64,000 nt of DNA, taken from NCBI RefSeq assembly GCF_000315625.1, contig NW_005434596.1, forward strand, positions 273,009 through 337,008, written 5' to 3'. This DNA comes from Guillardia theta CCMP2712. Its lineage: Eukaryota; Protista; Cryptophyta. The notes below the pieces were generated by a model. The model saw nothing but the letters and a program-made list of their open reading frames with translations, was not told the DNA's origin and did not search any database. Made by a program: the position numbers and the translations under genes. Of this stretch, positions 13,628 to 26,308 are shown one piece after another (position 1 is the stretch's first letter; every line of letters starts with the position of its first letter).

Positions 13628-15061
13628 TCACCCCTCCTCCTTCTGCGACAGCAGATGCAGCAGCTCCAGGTCAGGAGGAGCCATCCTCCTCGCGAACAGG
13701 AGGAACTCTTTCCTCTTTCTCTCCCCAGCTCCGCTCACCGCCTCTGACAGATCCACCACCTGCCCAGAGTAGCAGCATCCTCGCCTTGTCACCGTCATGC
13801 TCGCTGTGCTGTAAACCTGCATGCGACTACGGAACGACTGCAAGAGGTACACGCTCACCCTCTTCATCCTCACCTCAGTCACCCTCACTCCTTCCTCCTC
13901 CCATCCCCCGTGCGCCACGTACCCCATCCAGGTCCCCGCATGCGAGGGGTGAGGGTACGGCGTCCCATCTAGCTTGATCCTGAACGCCTCCTCCCACTCA
14001 GTCTGCAGCTCCCCCACGCGGGGAGGAAGTCTCATCCTCAAGTGCGCGAACGCGCAGGGGATCTGCTCATGGTTGAAGTCGAGAACTAAGTGCAGCTGCA
14101 GCATCTTCATCATCGCTCTGCCCTCGCTCCCTCCCTCCTCCTTGACGTACAGCTGGATACCCTCCCTCACACCCTCCTGCGCCAGGAGCCTGGCGAGTGC
14201 CGCGTCCATGAGCGCCGATCCGGTCCCGAAGCAGCGGATGAAGCTTTCCTCAACCTCCCAGGGGAAGCAGGAGGAGGAAAGCTCGTCCATCTCAAAGATC
14301 CCGCTCAGCCGCATCATCGTCTGCTTATCCCACTGCGAGCTCACCGGCTCCTCCCCCTCCTGCGCAGGATGGCGGCGGAAGAAGAGGAACGCGAACCCTC
14401 CGGCCTCGTTTCCCTCCACGTCCAGGTACTCGGCGTTCATCCCGCTGCTCGACGTCAATAGGAAGCGCAGACAAGCTTGCGCCCCTCCCTCCATTCTGAG
14501 CTGCCGCTCGAACTCCGCCATGACATGCGCATCACCAGGGAGGATGAAAGTCTGCAGGTACTGCCCGATGGGGCTCGGGAGGGAGGGGAGGCAGAGCTGT
14601 CGCTGCAGCTTGCTGCTCATCGCGACGATCTGCATGTCTCGCATGCTCACGACTGCCATGGGGCAGGAGGAGCAGGACAGCAGCCCCTCTTTCATCTCCA
14701 CCTCGCCCAACTCGTCTCCCTGCTTCAGCGGCTCCCTGCTGCTGTCGTAGCCCGATGGCAGGGTCGGGCTGCAGAGGATGCTCTTCATGTGCACCTGCAG
14801 GTCCTCTAGAAGCTGCAGCACAGTCCTCCTCGACCCTAGCTTCCCTCCGTCTGGCCTCTGCCGCACTGGTACCAGGGCATCGAGCCTTTGGTGCAGCTCC
14901 TTCGTTCGCATCCTCTGGTACTGCTTGTTCAGCCTCTTCTGTATGTTGTCCTCCTTCTTCACCACCACGCTCTCCGTCCCCTGCTCTCGCTGCTTCGCAT
15001 GCTCCTCCTCCCCTCGGGGACAGGCAGTCTCCTGCGGGGAGTCGGGACCTCGATGGCTCAT
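13628..15061 (-). CDS. bHLH-like transcription factor with a PAS-like domain
   Basis: KRLNKQYQRMRTKELHQRLDALVP...RRTVLQLLEDLQVHMK fits a basic-helix-loop-helix pattern. CPMAVVSMRDMQIVAMS...IGQYLQTFILPGD fits a PAS-fold start. Likely start ATG 15061; possible small intron near 13815-13857. Confidence 0.6.
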   Translation of the reverse strand: MSHRGPDSPQETACPRGEEEHAKQREQGTESVVVKKEDNIQKRLNKQYQRMRTKELHQRLDALVPVRQRPDGGKLGSRRTVLQLLEDLQVHMKSILCSPTLPSGYDSSREPLKQGDELGEVEMKEGLLSCSSCPMAVVSMRDMQIVAMSSKLQRQLCLPSLPSPIGQYLQTFILPGDAHVMAEFERQLRMEGGAQACLRFLLTSSSGMNAEYLDVEGNEAGGFAFLFFRRHPAQEGEEPVSSQWDKQTMMRLSGIFEMDELSSSCFPWEVEESFIRCFGTGSALMDAALARLLAQEGVREGIQLYVKEEGGSEGRAMMKMLQLHLVLDFNHEQIPCAFAHLRMRLPPRVGELQTEWEEAFRIKLDGTPYPHPSHAGTWMGYVAHGGWEEEGVRVTEVRMKRVSVYLLQSFRSRMQVYSTASMTVTRRGCCYSGQVVDLSEAVSGAGERKRKEFLLFARRMAPPDLELLHLLSQKEEG

Positions 15062-15625
15062 CGAGCCTCTTCCTCCTAACTCGTCATGGTCAACTTGACG
15101 AAACTCTGAAGGCTGGGGTAGGAGGCTGCCGACTTGATCCTTGAACAGACAAGAAGGATGGCCGGACTTCACCCCCCATGTCTCGCAGCTCCGCCTCGAG
15201 GATCTGGGAACTTGGTCAGCAACCTCCGTCAAGACGTACACCATCACATGGCAGACAGCTACTTGGAACATGGGCCGATGACCTAACCTACGTGCCCTTG
15301 ACAACACTTGCAAACAAGATCGACAGCGAGTGAATTTCGCGTTGGCCTCCTGCTGTAAATTCCTCCAGACAATCTTTCATGCACGCGACATTTACAGCCC
15401 CGTCATCGTCTGTGAGCGATTCCTTGCCCATTTTGCAGAATCATGTTGTACGCTATCTCTCATTCCTATTGGTTAAGATTTGTGTTGCTCCAAAATGACA
15501 ATTCCATCCATCCTTGCGCTGCTCTTCTCTTTCCTCCCTATGATCATTGCTCCCTCCCACAATGCCACATAGCTCTCCTATTCTTCTTCAATCCATCCAA
15601 TCCACCATATGTTTCCCCTTCCAAA

Positions 15626-15672
<47 letters not shown>

Positions 15673-16418
15673 ATCCTGATCCTGCTCCTGCTCCTGCCCT
15701 CGATGCTACTGCTCCTCCTGCTCCTGCAGTTGCGCTATGCCATAGCCACACACTCCAAGTACCAGCATTTGCAGGACCTGGCGTCTGTGTACAAGACAGT
15801 CAAAAACTAAAAGATTATAGAATTTGTTACTACCGAGACGGTCGGTCGATACATTTCGATACCTCAATGATTCATCCTACAAGTATATTTGAGTTAAAAC
15901 TCAAACCCCCGTTTCGCCATCTTCCCTTGGAACACTCATGTCCTCCTGCATACACAGGGGATTCGAAACCCCCACCTCACCAAATTGTACCCCTACCCCC
16001 TCAATAAACAGAACAATCGATCGTACCCCACCTTTCCTGAATAAAAACTGTGTCTGGAACCCAGCGTTCCCCTATGTAGTGTTCCCCTATCTACAAGTAC
16101 CCTTGAAAAAGATACCCCTACCCCCAAGAAGTCGGAACTCCGAGCCCATTACGACCCTGACCCCCATTTTACGAGTGGTCAGCCAATACGTACCTGTCTG
16201 AAAATGTTTTTGAAAGCACGTACCAAGTTGCGAAACCAGAACTTATCGATTACTCCTCCTTCTGAAAATCTTGAGATGTTCTAAGTATGCAGCGTTTCAG
16301 AAACTCATTATTTGAAAAGGAAGGGTTTCGAATAATACTTTAGAACGTATTATTCGTTACGAGAACCGTTACTTTGGTACTGTAATGTTCCAGGAGGTGA
16401 AAACCACGACCATGGGCG

Positions 16419-17885
16419 ATGGAGAGCAAGTGGAGGGGAGGCAGCTGAAGGAGGAAGGCCAAAGACGAGGGATCAGCTGAAGGAGGAAGGCCAAAGATCG
16501 GAGGCGAATGACCCGACCAAAGAGCTGATGGAGGATCTTGAGGAGCCTGCTGCCAGGAGACAGCGAATGGCACGCGACGCGGAAAATGAGAGAGACCGAG
16601 CGCTTCTACAACATCGAGACTGAAGCATCCCAGCTTGGGCTGGTCAAGCTCTCCCTCATAGAGAGCAAGAGACAAGCCTTCATCGCGAGAGCTAGGCTCA
16701 GGTCCTTCGCTGCCCCCTCGATCACTCGCCTTATCTGCTTCGACAGGCTGCTGTACACCTGCTCTGGGCTGATTTCCGGCAGCACATCGCATGTCTCCGG
16801 GTCTATCTATCCCGCAAAGTCTCACTTCTCGCTGTAGCACCAGACGTTGATGATCATGATCGGACTGCCAGCGTCTTGACGGCCTCATAGTCGTCGATGT
16901 AGCAGCTCATCGTGTCTTCCATGGTGGTGATCAGCAACTCGTCTTCGTCTCCGCATGTCATACTTAATGGTTGCTCTCCCACAGGATCTGCTTCCTCCTT
17001 AGCAGGTCGGACGGCAAGACAATGCGGGTGTGGGATGTAGAGACGGAGGCGTGTCAGCTTGTCCTCAGAGGACACGAGGGATACTATGTGGCAGAAGACG
17101 GGAGGGCGCCGCGTCTACCTCTGACGGCGTTTGTCAAGTATGGACTCGATCTCAGGACGGCGGCTGTTTGCTTCCTCGACATGTGCTCAGTTCGTTTGAG
17201 AGATCCTTGCAGTGTGCTGGTTCTCGGATCGATCAGACAGACCTGCCGGAGAATGTCTGGCGGCTGCTGGAGATGGGAGGAGCGGTTGCAAGCCGACCCG
17301 GAGAATGTCTGGCGGCTGCTGGAGATGGGAGGAGCCGTTGCAAGCCGACCCGGAGAATGTCTGGCGGCTGCTGGAGATGGGAGGAGCCGTTGCAAGCCGA
17401 CCCGGAGAATGTCTGGCGGCTGCTGGAGATGGGAGGAGCCGTTGCAAGCCGACCCGTCTCACGGCCTGCGAAGCAGAAGAACAGCTGCTCTTGCCAGTAA
17501 GGACTGGGTGTGCAGGCACATAGGAGGGAGGGGGGCATGTTCATCAGCAGTGCCCCAGCCGGTCTGAGATTACTTGCAGTTTCTCAGTTTGTTTCTTGCA
17601 TGAGGCAGCGAGTGAGTGTAGTGGTGATATCATACCCAAGGTGAGGCCAGGGACAAGAGTCCCGGGGTGAAGTGAAGATACACAAGGAAGCATAGGAAGA
17701 GACCGAGATGCAGACAGATCTGATCTGCACTTGAAGCGAAGTAGACACGAGGACGTAGGTTGACAGTGTGCCATGTTCCCAAAGGCCTTGGAGCGTTGAG
17801 TGCCATGGCACTTTGATGGCGGTTGAGGGGACATCAAAGAGAGTGGGTCCGGCGGTAACGGTCTTTTAAAGTATTCACATGAGAT
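16419..17885 (+). pseudogene. Degenerate WD40-repeat gene fragment interrupted by a minisatellite
   Basis: SRSDGKTMRVWDVETEACQLVLRGHEG is a WD40 signature. Surrounding frames are broken by stops and no coherent splicing was found. Confidence 0.4.
17246..17455. repeat. Minisatellite, 4 x 52 bp
   Basis: Unit CCGGAGAATGTCTGGCGGCTGCTGGAGATGGGAGGAGCCGTTGCAAGCCGAC starts at 17246, 17298, 17350 and 17402. Confidence 0.95.
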
Positions 17886-18062
17886 AGTCGATCTCCTACT
17901 GGTCCGACTCGTTCATATGTACATCCCTGACCACACCCGTCAGCCTTCTCCTCCTTCACCCCTCGCAACAGTAATCCCGCCTCTCACAGTCAGGGGCTAC
18001 AGCTTTGCTCGCGCATCGACCTCTCAGCTCACATCAAGGAAGGGCATCAGCTACACTTGCAC

Positions 18063-21000
18063 TTACTCGGCAGGTTGTCGAGCAGCCGAGCCGAAGTCGG
18101 GGTTCTTCCTTCGCTCCTCCTCGAGTCTCTGCAGCAGCTGTCAGCCTCGTCCTCCGGTCCTCCTCGCTCCTACCTGCATCACGACTGCCTGCATGTGCTC
18201 GAGGTTGTGAACTTCAAACTTCTCCTTGCATCCCCCCGCTGCCTCTCGCTTACTCGGGTACTGCAACATCGTTAGACTGCAAGCCTCCAGACCCAGCCCC
18301 AGGAGCTCAAGCGAGGCATCAGCAGGACATCACGGGTGAAGACGAGGGAGGGCGCGAGGAGGAGGAAGAGGAGGGGACTAGCACAGGCCTTACGTTCTCT
18401 CCCAGCGCGAGCTCAAGTCTGGAGGACTTGAGGTTGAGTAGGTTGAAGGCAGGGGCCAGCTCGATGCAGTTGCTGCTCACAGAACTCAGAAGGGAGGGCA
18501 CAAGACAAGCAACCGACCTGAAGAGAGCTTGCCGACAGAACACGTACAGACCCAGACGAGCTCGCGACAGAGCCACAATCAGCCTCCTCACGTCTCGCAA
18601 GTGTCCGACAGTCTTGGTGCGCACCAGAGACAGCAGGATGTAGTCGTTCTGCTGCCCCTGGTACTTGTCCACCGTCGAAATCTTTGGCGGCATCCCCACC
18701 CCAGGGATGGACGAGCAGCGGAAGCGAGCCACGTCCTGCAGGAGGGCAACTTGCCCGTTGTACGTCGACAGGATGGTGATCTTGTCGGCCGGGTAGCCGA
18801 TGATGCGCATGTACATGTAGACAGCGATGATGTACTCGGCTTCGGCGAGGTTCTGATAGAAGAAGGCAGTCGGCTCGCTCTCTCCCACTCCCCCAAGATC
18901 CTCCACGTTCACCAGCTGGAACTGATGAGCAAAACCAGCGTTGGCCAGCCGGAACATCTCCCGCCCTGTCACGTGCTCCATGTCCCCGAGCGACCGATAT
19001 CGCCAGTTGTACAGCTTGGCTATCTCTGGCCTGGCTCGGCCCTGAGCATTGAGCTCGATGTAGGGGATCCCCAGGCGGACGAAGCGAGAAAACAAGCTTT
19101 GGTCCATCCTCGAGTACTTCTGGAAGGCAATGTTCTTGATCACCGGAGGAAGCTGGTTGTGGTCGCCGATGAGCACGACGCGCTTGAGCCGGCACTTGTT
19201 GCCCCTTCTCGGCTCCTGCAGCAGCATGGGGATGAACGTTTCGATCTCCAGGATCTGTGCAGACTCCTCCATCACCAGCGAGTCGAACTCGAAGCCCGAC
19301 TCGATAAAGTCGTGCCGTTTCAGCGCCGCGTGCGTGCATGTCATGGCGATGATCTTGGCCTGTGTGGTCACAAGGTACTTGGCTCGCTCCTGGTAAGTTC
19401 GGAGGATCTCAAACGCTCGGCATTCCTCCAAGAAAGTGAACATGTACTGCACAAGCAACGTCAGCATCACTGTCAGACCCTCCAGCGCCTTACCTTGAGG
19501 TGTTGGAAGCAACCTTGAGCCGCCCTCATCGCATCCTTGCTATCCATGCTCGAGTTGAAGACTGACTCCGGCGCGTCGTTGAAAAACTCGTGGAAAGGAA
19601 ACTGTTCGATGATCTTCGTCGCGTCGTTGCAGTCCTTGACGCGATCCTCAAACTCCTCCCACCTTGCAACGATGTTGAACAGGAAGAAGTGCTGTGCCGT
19701 CTCGCACGAGTACTCCACGTCTGCTGTGATCCCTATGCTCCGAGCCAGCCGCCCCACCTCCTCCAGCAGCTCCAGCCGCTTCCCCAGCATGTACTGGACG
19801 CGTCCCCACTTGGAGAAGTCTTCCTCAGTCTCGAGCGTCTCGGCCTCGTGACCCAGGCGCAGGAGATGTCGCTCGTCGATGTCGAGAGCAGCGATCTTCT
19901 CGAAGATGTCGTTGAGCGCCTGGTTCGAGTGAGTCACCAGCAAGATCCTCTGGTGAGGGAAGTTGTGGTAGATGTTGGAGATGATCTGTACGGCGGTGTC
20001 TGTCTTGCCGGTACCCGGGGGGCCGACGACCTGTGCGAAGCCTTCGTTGGTCCCAGCAAGAATTGCATCCACCTGAGCGGGAGTGAAGCGGATGGAGTTG
20101 GTCTTTCTCTTCAGCTCAGGGTAAGGACCTGGCTCGGGAGGAAGGTAAGACTGGCAGACCATGGCAGCATCGCCCTCGCTGCTGGCTGGAAACTGAACGC
20201 GGAAAGGAGGAGCTACCAACCCCTTGGCGTTAGGCTTGAACTCGATTTTCTTCCCAGGAAAGCTCTCCGTCACATGCTTCTCGTCCAGGAACGTGTCGTT
20301 GAAGTCCACAGTCTGCAATGGGCTCAAGGCCGTGTAATGAGACTCTTGCGGATCTCCATAGCCGAGCAGAACATCGTGAAGCCACTCGGGAACCACGATG
20401 TTGGTATTCATGAGATCTCTGATACACTCCAAGATCGCCTTGAAGTTGTTCTCCTGCGCCTTGCGCTTCATGATCACATTGAACGTCTCGTACACAGGAT
20501 CTCCCCCGTGTTGTGCCTTGTAAGCAGCATCGATCGCGTACTGAGCCGAGTTCAGTCTCACTCGCACCTTCCTCTCTTGTCCCTGAGGCAAGCCTCTCGA
20601 CTGCGGGTCGAGGTTGTTGAAGATTTTCCCATCAGAGTCCAGCATGCCGACCACCTCGCACCCCCTGATGTACTCGATACAGAAGTCTTCCTTGCACTTC
20701 CCTTCCGTATGAGGAGGATGCTCGCCTGCCTTATACCTGGCCTTGATCGTGAGCAGAAACAGCACGTCGTGCTCTCTGAAAGTCTCCCACTCTCGTCTGA
20801 GCGTGTGGTCACGCATTCCTTGCAGCGAATAGGTCGCTTCGCCCACGACCCGCGCAGGCTTCGTTTCACCGAGGTTGGGCTTGGAGACCTCTATGACTGA
20901 GAAGGAAGTGAGAGGAAGGGACGACCGAGACCATCCCTGGAACACCGTTCTCCCGTCATCTATCCTTGGCCTCAGACGCAAAGCAACGTCTTCCACATCC

Positions 21001-23518
21001 TGGCGTATCTCGTAGGTGCTTTCAAGACGGAAGAGGTTGAAGTTGCGAAGCAGGTAGTCATGAAACGTCAAGTACTGCAGGTTCAGCTTGGGTAACGCAA
21101 GGACCTGCTCTCCAGTGAAGTTGATAGACGGCACTACGTGCTCATCCCACAACAGGTTTTCAGTTGGATAAAGGGGAAGTGCATTGATAGCATCCAGCTG
21201 CGAAATCCGACGCTCATGGTATGCAACAGCAATCTCCAACATAGTTCTGTGATCCAACCAAGTCAGCCCGGCCGATTCATCTTCGAACGGTATCAATCTG
21301 ATCTTGCGCAACAGCTGTGATAGCTGAGTCTTGTTCAGCCTCGACAAATACACCCTTAGACTGTCCTTGTTTTCAACGGCTCCAATGTTAGCAAGTGCAA
21401 ATTCCTTCATAATGTCAGGGAACAAGGAGTAGGCATGCCTTTGCACGAGTTGGATACGACCATAATGCCTCGCAAGCATCTCATCACGGCTCAAGGGCAT
21501 ACCAGTGTGCTCATTGATTTCAAAGTCCAAATAGAAGCTCAAAAGATCAAGAAGTTGATTGAAGAGTCGGCCATCTGGGCGCTTAGCGAGGTTTGCAAGG
21601 CGACATCGAATGACGAAATGGTGATCAGAGAGCAGCGCCAAGAAGAATCGGCGGGTTGGCAGTTGAGCAATCAGATCAATCAAGAATTCCAACACCCTTT
21701 CCAAGTATCGCCTCAGTTCGAATTCAAACTTGCCATCTGCCGGGATTGTGGACAGTTGTTGAAAGAAGACCTCGAGTAACTTTGGAAGGAAGTGATCTTT
21801 CAACTTTTCCAAGCCTTCTTTCTGCACTTTCTTTTGTAATGTCCTACAGGATCAAGCGATGTCACTGTAACCTTCAACCAAAGAATATCAAAAGTTACCT
21901 CCATTTCTTCTCAAGGTGAGGAGCTTTTCTAAGTTCTAGCTCCAACCTTGACTTGCTCAAATGTAGCCAAAGAGGCAATGAAACTTGAAGCAAGCATGAG
22001 TTCCTGACCATTGTGTTCTCCAAGCTCTGGAAGCTGTGAATCAGAAATACTACGATGAGGCTCCTTTCTCTATGCGAAAGCTCCTTCTTGCCATGCAGAA
22101 TGGTCACGCTCTTGAAAAATTCTGAGAAAACCTGCTCACGCTCCTGAAACGGCTCCCAAGACATGACCTATGGAGGAGTTAGAAAGCAACTAGAGCTGCA
22201 AACGTAGGCTTCACCTGTTCGCGAAACTTCTCGTTCACCATGCAAACCAAAGAGAGAATGTGAGCGTCTGTAGCTTTCGATGGGTCATAGTTGGGCCATA
22301 GGTACTTCTCGAGGTATTGGCTGTATTCCAAGATCATCACTTTGTTCAACGCAAAGTTCGATGGCAGAAGTTCTTCTTTGTACAACTTAGTCACGAGTGC
22401 TGGATCCCAAGGCTTCGTCTTAGACCCTTTCCAATGCTCCTCAGCAATTGCCATCAACTTATCACTTTCCAGCTTTCGCTTCGTCGGAATGGCGTTGCTA
22501 TCATCCCTGACTTTCTTCTTCTTCTTTTTATCACAAGCTCCAGAATCTGCCTTCCTCTTTGTTCCCGAGGTCTGCTCAGCCTGTTCCTCCTAAAGCTCTT
22601 CGTCAACTGCGACGGTTTTCGCAATATTACAAATACCTCAGCTTCCTCCTGCTCATCATCATCTTCTTCTTCCTAAAATCAAAGCATTGAATCAATAAAG
22701 GGGATCAAAATAGATATCTAGCACCATTTCTTCGTCTTCATCGACATCTTTGGCATCATTGGTTTCGGCACCAGCAGCTTCTAACTGACCCTGTTCTTTT
22801 CCACCATCATGTGATTCTTTTGTTTCCTTTGGTTTTGCTGGCTCGCTGCTGGCCACTGCAGGTACCTCCTTGCTCTGAGCTGCTTGTGGAACTTTGGTGC
22901 CTGCTGACAAGCGAGTATCAAGGGATCAAGGATCATACATAGTAATCTTCGTATGGATGAGAGGTGCGTGTCCTCGAATGATGAAACAGGAAATCTCACC
23001 TGCCGGGCTTTTCTGAGGAGTGCTAGCAGGTTTCTCGGGAGCAGACGCAGGGCTAGGGGTGGGTTCTTGTTGTTTCTTGGGGGACTCTTGTGGTGCGGCC
23101 GTCTTGCTCTTGGCTGGGGACTTCGCCGCTTCAGGTTTTGACGTCTCAGCCGGAGTAGCAGCAGGCTGCTGTTCCTTGGACACTGCAGGTTCTGGTGCCT
23201 GCGCTGCTGGAGCAGGAGCCTTCTCGGCTGGAGTAGCTTCCTTGGCAGGAGACTGCTCTGGTTGGCTGGTTTCAGACGCCGCCGGAGCGCTCGTCTGCTG
23301 GCTCTGCAGGTGAGTCTTCAGACGATCACTTAAAACAGCCTTGACGCCTGAAGTCGGGAGGTTGCGAGCCTTCAACTCGGCTTTCAGCTGGTCCACCTAG
23401 GATGGGAAGCAATCAGTGACGAACCATGTTGGTAAGGTTATGAGCAGGTGAAGTCAGATGAGAACAAATGAATCACCTTCAACTTATCGACATCAGCGAC
23501 AGAGAGGTCCCCTGCCAT
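18063..23518 (-). CDS. AQR: Intron-binding spliceosomal RNA helicase Aquarius with an N-terminal SAP domain
   Basis: [58 protein letters not shown] (Walker A), [40 protein letters not shown]. Upstream exons encode [28 protein letters not shown] (SAP) and splice in frame through short introns. Confidence 0.95.
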
Positions 23519-24478
23519 TTGTGAAGACCTCTCAGCTTTCTCTGCAAAAGTGCACCGACTGTCCGCACTTGCCAGGTCCAAGGCAACCCTGCCCCACACA
23601 TCATTATTAGTCCGGAGTCCATAAATCAGTGAAATAGCTTGTTCAGTTTGACATGGCCTTAGTTTGACATGGCCTCAGTTCAACAACGCACGAGCTCATC
23701 AGGAAGAGAGAGAGGGCATGTGGAAGGATAAAAATCAAACATGGAGTGAGGCTGGGCATGTGTATGGCGGGATCTGGGAGCAGGCCTTCCTCCTGTGGTC
23801 CACAGAGCTGGGAAATAGCATTGCTCCTCATGGATGAAGCGAGCTGGGATGAGGAGGGATAAACATACGATAACACGATTGAGAGAACTAGCTGTTGAGT
23901 GCAAGAAGATGAGAAGTCATGTGTGCAGGTCCCACAAAGTTTCCACCAACCCGGTGAGGAATAATTCGAAACGAAAGCAGGCGCAAAAACTGGAAGAGGA
24001 GGAGGAGCAGGAGAGTACGGAGGAGGCAGGGCAGAGAGAGCATGAGGATCAAGTATATTGAGAGGAGGAGAGGAGGAAGAGCCGATAGCCAGCGACAGAC
24101 GATGAGGAGGAGGCACATAAGCCAGAGGATCCTGCCGGCATGCAGGGAGCGGCGGCGCGTGGAAACCCAAGGGGGTGGTTTAATTCGTTCGGTGGGTACT
24201 GCTCATTGATGTGGGTGGGGGGTGATTCAATAGTGCTGATTACCCCACAAAATATTGGAAATTTTACGGGTACTTAGTCATTCAAGGTGGTAGAGATCCA
24301 GAATCTTCTTAGTTAATCGGGTGGGGTCATGAGATGACCGGTGATGTACGAAGGGCTCTCTCATTCGGAGTAGGGGTACATCCTCCCTGCTTCCGGATTA
24401 CGAAGGGGGTGGGTGGTTTGCGGTGATGGGTGCTGATTGGAGGCCCGCCTCAGAGCAAGGACGATGACAGGAGTTGCC

Positions 24479-26166
24479 ATGGCGAAATTTTGTTTCAAGC
24501 TCCTCCTCCTCCTCCTCCTCCTCCTCCTCTCCCTGCCCCCTTCGAACTCCTTCTCCTTCCTGCCTTCTGCTTCTCCACTGATCTCCTTGCCTATCCACTC
24601 GCCTCTGCTCCCATTCTCTTCGTGTCCATGTCCTTGCCCTGGATCCGCCACATTGCTGAAAGCCGTATCCTCCTACTCGAGCCATCGAGGGAAGCGGAAC
24701 CATACCTATGAGGAGACAGGACGAGCTGGAGAAGACTTGAACCATCTCAAATATCTCTCCAAGGTCCAGCTCAGCGGAAGGAGGAGCGAAGAATTTTTTA
24801 CCGACCCTCTCGGAAGGTAGGGTGTTGTTCTCCATGTCTCCTCTCCTCCTCTCCCAGTGCATGGCTGCCGCTCTTGCTCTTGTCAGTCTTTCAGTGAGCG
24901 ATGCTGCTACAGGTCAGTGGTCAACACCCCTCTCATCCGAGCGTCAACCGTCACCTTCCCGAGCATGGCCGCGCTCCGAGCTCGCCCGCAAGGGATCCAA
25001 ACTGTCTATGGAGGGCTCTTCTACGGGCGATATGGCACGTTGACGCACAGAGCAGCAGAAGAAGCGCATGCAGTGCTGGAAGAAGGTCACAAGTCATGCG
25101 CCGTCAGCTCAGGGAGAGCAGCCATGGTCTGTGTCTTGATGGGGCTGCTGAGGAAAGGAGATGTAGTGCTGTACTCGTCTGATATCACCCCTGCTCTCAA
25201 GAGTTTCTTGTGCGTCGAGATGAAGAGGTTGGGAGTGACGAGCGTCTCGTTCCAAGCTTCCTCCTCCCGAGACGCCCTGCTAAGTCAGCATGGGCCGGAC
25301 CTCGATCGCGCTCGCATGGTGTTGGTTGAGACTTTTTCGCCCTCCTCCCCAGCACTCGCAGACGTCCCCATGCTGGCAGAGCTCTGCCGCCAACGTCAGT
25401 CGCTCCTGGTGGTGGACAACACGTGGGCCTTTGGCTGGGCTCTGCAGCCGCTGAAGGAGGGGGCGGACGTCTCTGTCGCGTCTCTCGGCCCCCTGGCTGG
25501 CGATCAGGAGTGGGACCTTGGGATGGTGACCAGCAGGAGGGAGCTCTGGCCAAGGATAGTGAGCTCTTGCAAGCGCCTCGGCCTCGTTGCCTCCCCTGAG
25601 CAGACGTACCAGACGCTGCGGGGGCTGCGGACGCTTCCGCTGCGCATGCGGCAGCAGGATCAGACGACGAGAGCAGTGGTGGAGTGGATGATGGGGGTGG
25701 AGCAGGTGAGTCGGGTGTTTCATCCCATGCTGGAGGGAGGAGCGGCAGAGAAGGGATTCACAGGCTTCCCACCGATCCTTAGCTTCTGCCTCTCCAGCGA
25801 GAACTCGGAGGAAGAACAGGTCGAGGCTCTGGTGGAGAGTCTCAAGAGGTTCAGGCTGGGATGGGACGGCAGCGTCGGAGGAGAGCTCTCTTTGGTATGG
25901 CCTGTTGGCCTCGTGTCGGACTGGAGGAGGGAGCAGAACTTCAGGAGGCCGGATGAGTCCGGTGATGGTACGTGGGATGTGGTGGGCAGCAGCTGAAGCC
26001 TAGAACAGGTGAACGGGGAAGGATTCTCTTGTACATCGGGCTGGAGGAAGCAGGCGATCTGATAGGTGAGCATCTGACTTGAGTTGCTGGGAGTGCTGAC
26101 GGGACAGCAGAGGATTTGAGGAGAGCCTTTGAATGTTTGCAAGAGATACAGGATGGTAGGACATGA
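24479..26166 (+). CDS. Cystathionine beta-lyase (MetC)-like Cys/Met metabolism fold protein with a bipartite plastid-type leader; lacks the PLP lysine
   Basis: Signal MAKFCFKL10SLPPSNS|F followed by a Ser/Pro-rich transit segment; VNTPLIRAST, YGRYG, SSGRAA, VVDNTWA, LRGLRTLPLRM, YIGLEE..DLI.DL..AF. Confidence 0.8.
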
Positions 26167-26308
26167 CGTGACGGGGGACGAACTAGGACCTTTGCCAGAA
26201 GGCGAGCTGACAAGCATCTGTAAACTAGTTGTACAATAACAACATCTGCTGTGGTACCATGTGTTTTAAAGTCATGAGCGCGATGAGAAAAGGTCTCATC
26301 GTTGTGTT

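Noticed and set aside
17246-17455. Possible CRISPR array
   Set aside because: Head-to-tail repeats without unique spacers, no cas genes, and a eukaryotic context.
18413-20900. Long alternative-frame and antisense ORFs (308, 329 and 436 aa)
   Set aside because: Shadows of the high-GC3 AQR coding sequence with no recognisable motifs.
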